From Carcharhinus longimanus (taxonomy: Eukaryota), in assembly GCA_030264375.1 (NCBI GenBank), contig JASCQW010000043.1, positions 108,441,877 to 108,505,876 of the forward strand: 64,000 nt of DNA, read 5' to 3'. Positions 61,173-64,000 of this stretch are shown in pieces. The translations under genes were made by a program, and so were the position numbers. Under the pieces are notes generated by a model. The model ran no database searches, was not told the origin of the DNA, and was given only the letters and a program-made list of their open reading frames with translations. Each line of letters opens with the position of its first letter. Position 1 is the stretch's first letter.

Positions 61173-61975
61173 ACCTTGCAGGATAACTTCAAAGGCAGCC
61201 AATGACTAATTGAGGCCCCTGGCATCAGGAAATATGAGTGCCCCTGAAAGCCATCCCACTGCCCTTGCTGTTGATCTGTTTCCCTCGCTCCATAACCCCT
61301 CTCTTGCCATCATTCACCTGTGTCTTGGTTCTCCCTAGAAATCATGGGCCTCGAGTTTCTGCTTCCTTGGTTCCTGATTCTGGGAAAGGACCACAGTTAC
61401 CAGTTAAATGTCTTGTTCAACCTAATTCAGCAGTTGTTCCTGAAAGGAGGCAAGTGAAGATCTGCTGGGCTCTTTAGCCACCAAATGTGACCTCATCACT
61501 TCCTTTCCATATTACCCTATTGGATTATACATAGAAACTGCATCCAGGAATAATCAGTGTGGTTCTCATCTCTGTGTTAATGAATTGTTTGCTAATGGAT
61601 ACTACAACAAATTAGCTCATGTAAAATTGATATTATTCTCTGAAACAAGCAGCCCAGTGTACAAACATAGATGTAGTAATTAAAAATGCATGTCCTTTGA
61701 GGCATTAGCTTGCTAGTGCTAACCCACTGGCACAACTAAAATAGTCATTGGCATCTGAACTGTGCAGTTTATTGAAATTAAACTGCATTGGAAAAGTCAC
61801 AGTTATCCTTATAAACCCAAAATATATTTGTTTAAGCCTTGTTTTACCAGTTCCAATATGTGTTCAGTAAGGAATCCTATTGATTTGAGAGACTTTATTT
61901 GTTTAATGATTTGCGGGGTAAGTCATTTAGCAAATAGATTTTATGGATTCATCATTTTCAAGCATTTAGGTATTT

Positions 61976-62424
61976 GGAGTGCGATCTTACTGCCTGTTCA
62001 CGCCACTCTCGTGCTGTGGCAAAGGCGGAGAATGTGGTGACAAGCCAAATCTCTGTTCATTACAGTGGGATGGGAAAATACTGCTGCTGTGAACAGTCAG
62101 CAAATTCCGGGCATAAATTTTCAAAATTACATATTACAGGATTTCTGAAACTAAGGGTATGATTTTTCAGCTCCTCCCACTGCTGGGAGCTTCCAGTCTT
62201 ACTGAAGGTGACTGCCCCCCACACTATCACCGCCATCCTCCCCACACCACCACCCCCATCCTCCCTGCACTATGGTAGATTCCTTGGCCATAGTTAAGCG
62301 AGTTACACATTTCGCCATTGACTTCAGTGGCACCAGAAGATCTCACTAGTGGTCAGTCTCTGCCACCAGGAAAAACACAGTTGGGAGGAGGAGGGGAGTG
62401 GTGGGGGCCAGAGAATCCCAGCCT
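61976..62424. mobile_element. Two adjacent short MITE-like relics (~61976-62112 and ~62154-62424)
   Basis: Imperfect TIRs: gagtgcgatcttact / agcaaattccgggc and gggtatgatttttc / gagaatcccagcc. Confidence 0.4.
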
Positions 62425-62789
62425 AAGTATTAATGTGCCTTGAAATTATGGGCAAAAGTTCCATCCAGCGGGAGCATTTAAACCAGCACACAGCTGAGAG
62501 TGGGATGGTGCAGTGAGGCAGGATCAGGCAATTATTTTTTTCAACCGAATAGTCCCTGGTGCACGTCACAAAGTTATGGCCACACTTTATGCTGATATAC
62601 AAGGAAAACCTTGAGACTCCAGTGGTTGTATGGGGCTTTCCTATCAGAAGTATGCTTTACCTTTCTTAAATATGAATATTAAAAACTTTATCTGCGTTTT
62701 GGTTGCCACACTGGCTGTTGTCATTGCTTTCTGGATCTGATGTTTTGCATTTCAAGATTTTATTTACAAGCCCATTTCTTTCAATTATC

Positions 62790-63150
62790 TTACCTTTTTG
62801 TATTCCTTTGTGGGACACAGGCATCGCTGGCTGGCCAGCATTTATTGCCCATCCTGAGTTGCCCAAGGGCAGTCGAAAGTCACCACATTGCTCTGGAGTC
62901 ACATGTAGGGCAGACCAGGTAAAGACGACAGGTTTCCTTCCGTAAAGGGCATTAGTGAACCAGATGGTTTTTTCCGACAATTGACAATGGTTTCATGGTC
63001 ATCAGTAGATTCTTAATTCCAGATTTTTTTTACTGAATTCAAATTCCACCACCTACCATGGTGGGATTCGAACCCAGGTCCCCCAGAATGTTAGATGAGT
63101 CTCTGGGTTAGTAGTTTAACAGTAATACCACTAGGCCATCACCTCCCCTT
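62790..63150 (-). mobile_element. tRNA-head SINE with CR1-type tail, near full length
   Basis: ggccagcatttattgcccatcc..ccacattgctctggagtcacatgtagggcagaccaggtaaagac..gggattcgaacccagg..ataccactaggccatcacctcc. Confidence 0.9.
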
Positions 63151-64000
63151 ACAGCCATTATTATCTTACAGCAGTTGTACTAACTGGGATGGTAATTCAT
63201 TGGGATTCCATGGGCACAGCTAGGCTTGGAATTACAAGGAGAAGTTCCTGAGTGGACAAGAAAAGCAGGAACTAAGGTACCAAGTGCATACCCACCTTTT
63301 ACTGGTTGACATTCCTCCTTGGGTAAGTCAGCTTGCCTTTTGGTGATTCCTAAAAGGCAGAAGGCTCTGCGGCATAAACAAATGGAATCTTTTTTTCAAT
63401 ATTATTAAGTTAACAGAAATTCATTTGGACACCATCGGCTGGAAGTTACTGCGGCAATATTAATGTATTTTCATGATATCCTTTTACCTGCGATTTAATG
63501 AAGATGTTTGAAATGAGAGCTGCATCAAAATAGCTGACAAAGGGAAATGATGCAAGCATGTTTAGCATTCATCTGTTCATGTCATCAAGTTTCAAAAAAT
63601 ATAATTCAGCAAGAAGCAGCTGGAAATTAAACTGAAATAAAATGACATTAAACAGCATTTTGAATGTGCTGCAACAGACTTTTTCACTAACTGGAATCTG
63701 AGGGATTCAGCATTAAGTTCTAAGTGCCCTGTCGACCATCACATCTGGCTTGACTATGTGAAGGAATAGTGCCTTTCCCTTACTGCAACTAATCTCACTG
63801 CTAATCCAGGATCATCCTGGAAGCAAGTTCAAAGTCACACAATCTCTGCAGAACTTCGAAGAGATAGTGTGCGACTCTGTCACATCATCCTCTTGGATCT
63901 GCTTTATCTCTCTGAGGCCCTCTGAGATTTTGGCTTCATTCTGGCCTCTTTTGTTGCCTATCCTCCACTGCTGAAATCATCATACTCTCAAAGTCTTGTT

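Overview
This is non-coding vertebrate genomic DNA, almost certainly from a shark (inference from many HE1-type V-SINEs, HER1/CR1-like LINEs and shark-type Penelope ends). It comes from a gapped draft assembly with 7 N-runs. I cannot support any host protein-coding gene. The supplied short ORFs are either chance ORFs or fragments of decayed transposons: Rex1/Babar RT, CR1 ORF1/ORF2, Gypsy gag/integrase and PIF/Harbinger transposase. Between the repeats are AT-rich, TE-free blocks that may be conserved regulatory elements (unverified). The most unusual signals are four. (1) A recurring pattern of 66-190 bp diverged copies of nearby DNA, mostly inverted, several sitting inside other repeats, suggesting locally templated insertions. 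(2) A tRNA-Pro relic with a 13-nt insertion at the canonical intron position and its own T4 terminator. (3) Decayed hammerhead-ribozyme cores in Penelope-derived ends. (4) A 225-codon stop-free Rex1 RT frame that the ORF track misses. I see no demonstrable new biological system. The templated-insertion pattern is the best candidate and needs computational confirmation. Repeat boundaries are by-eye estimates unless stated otherwise.
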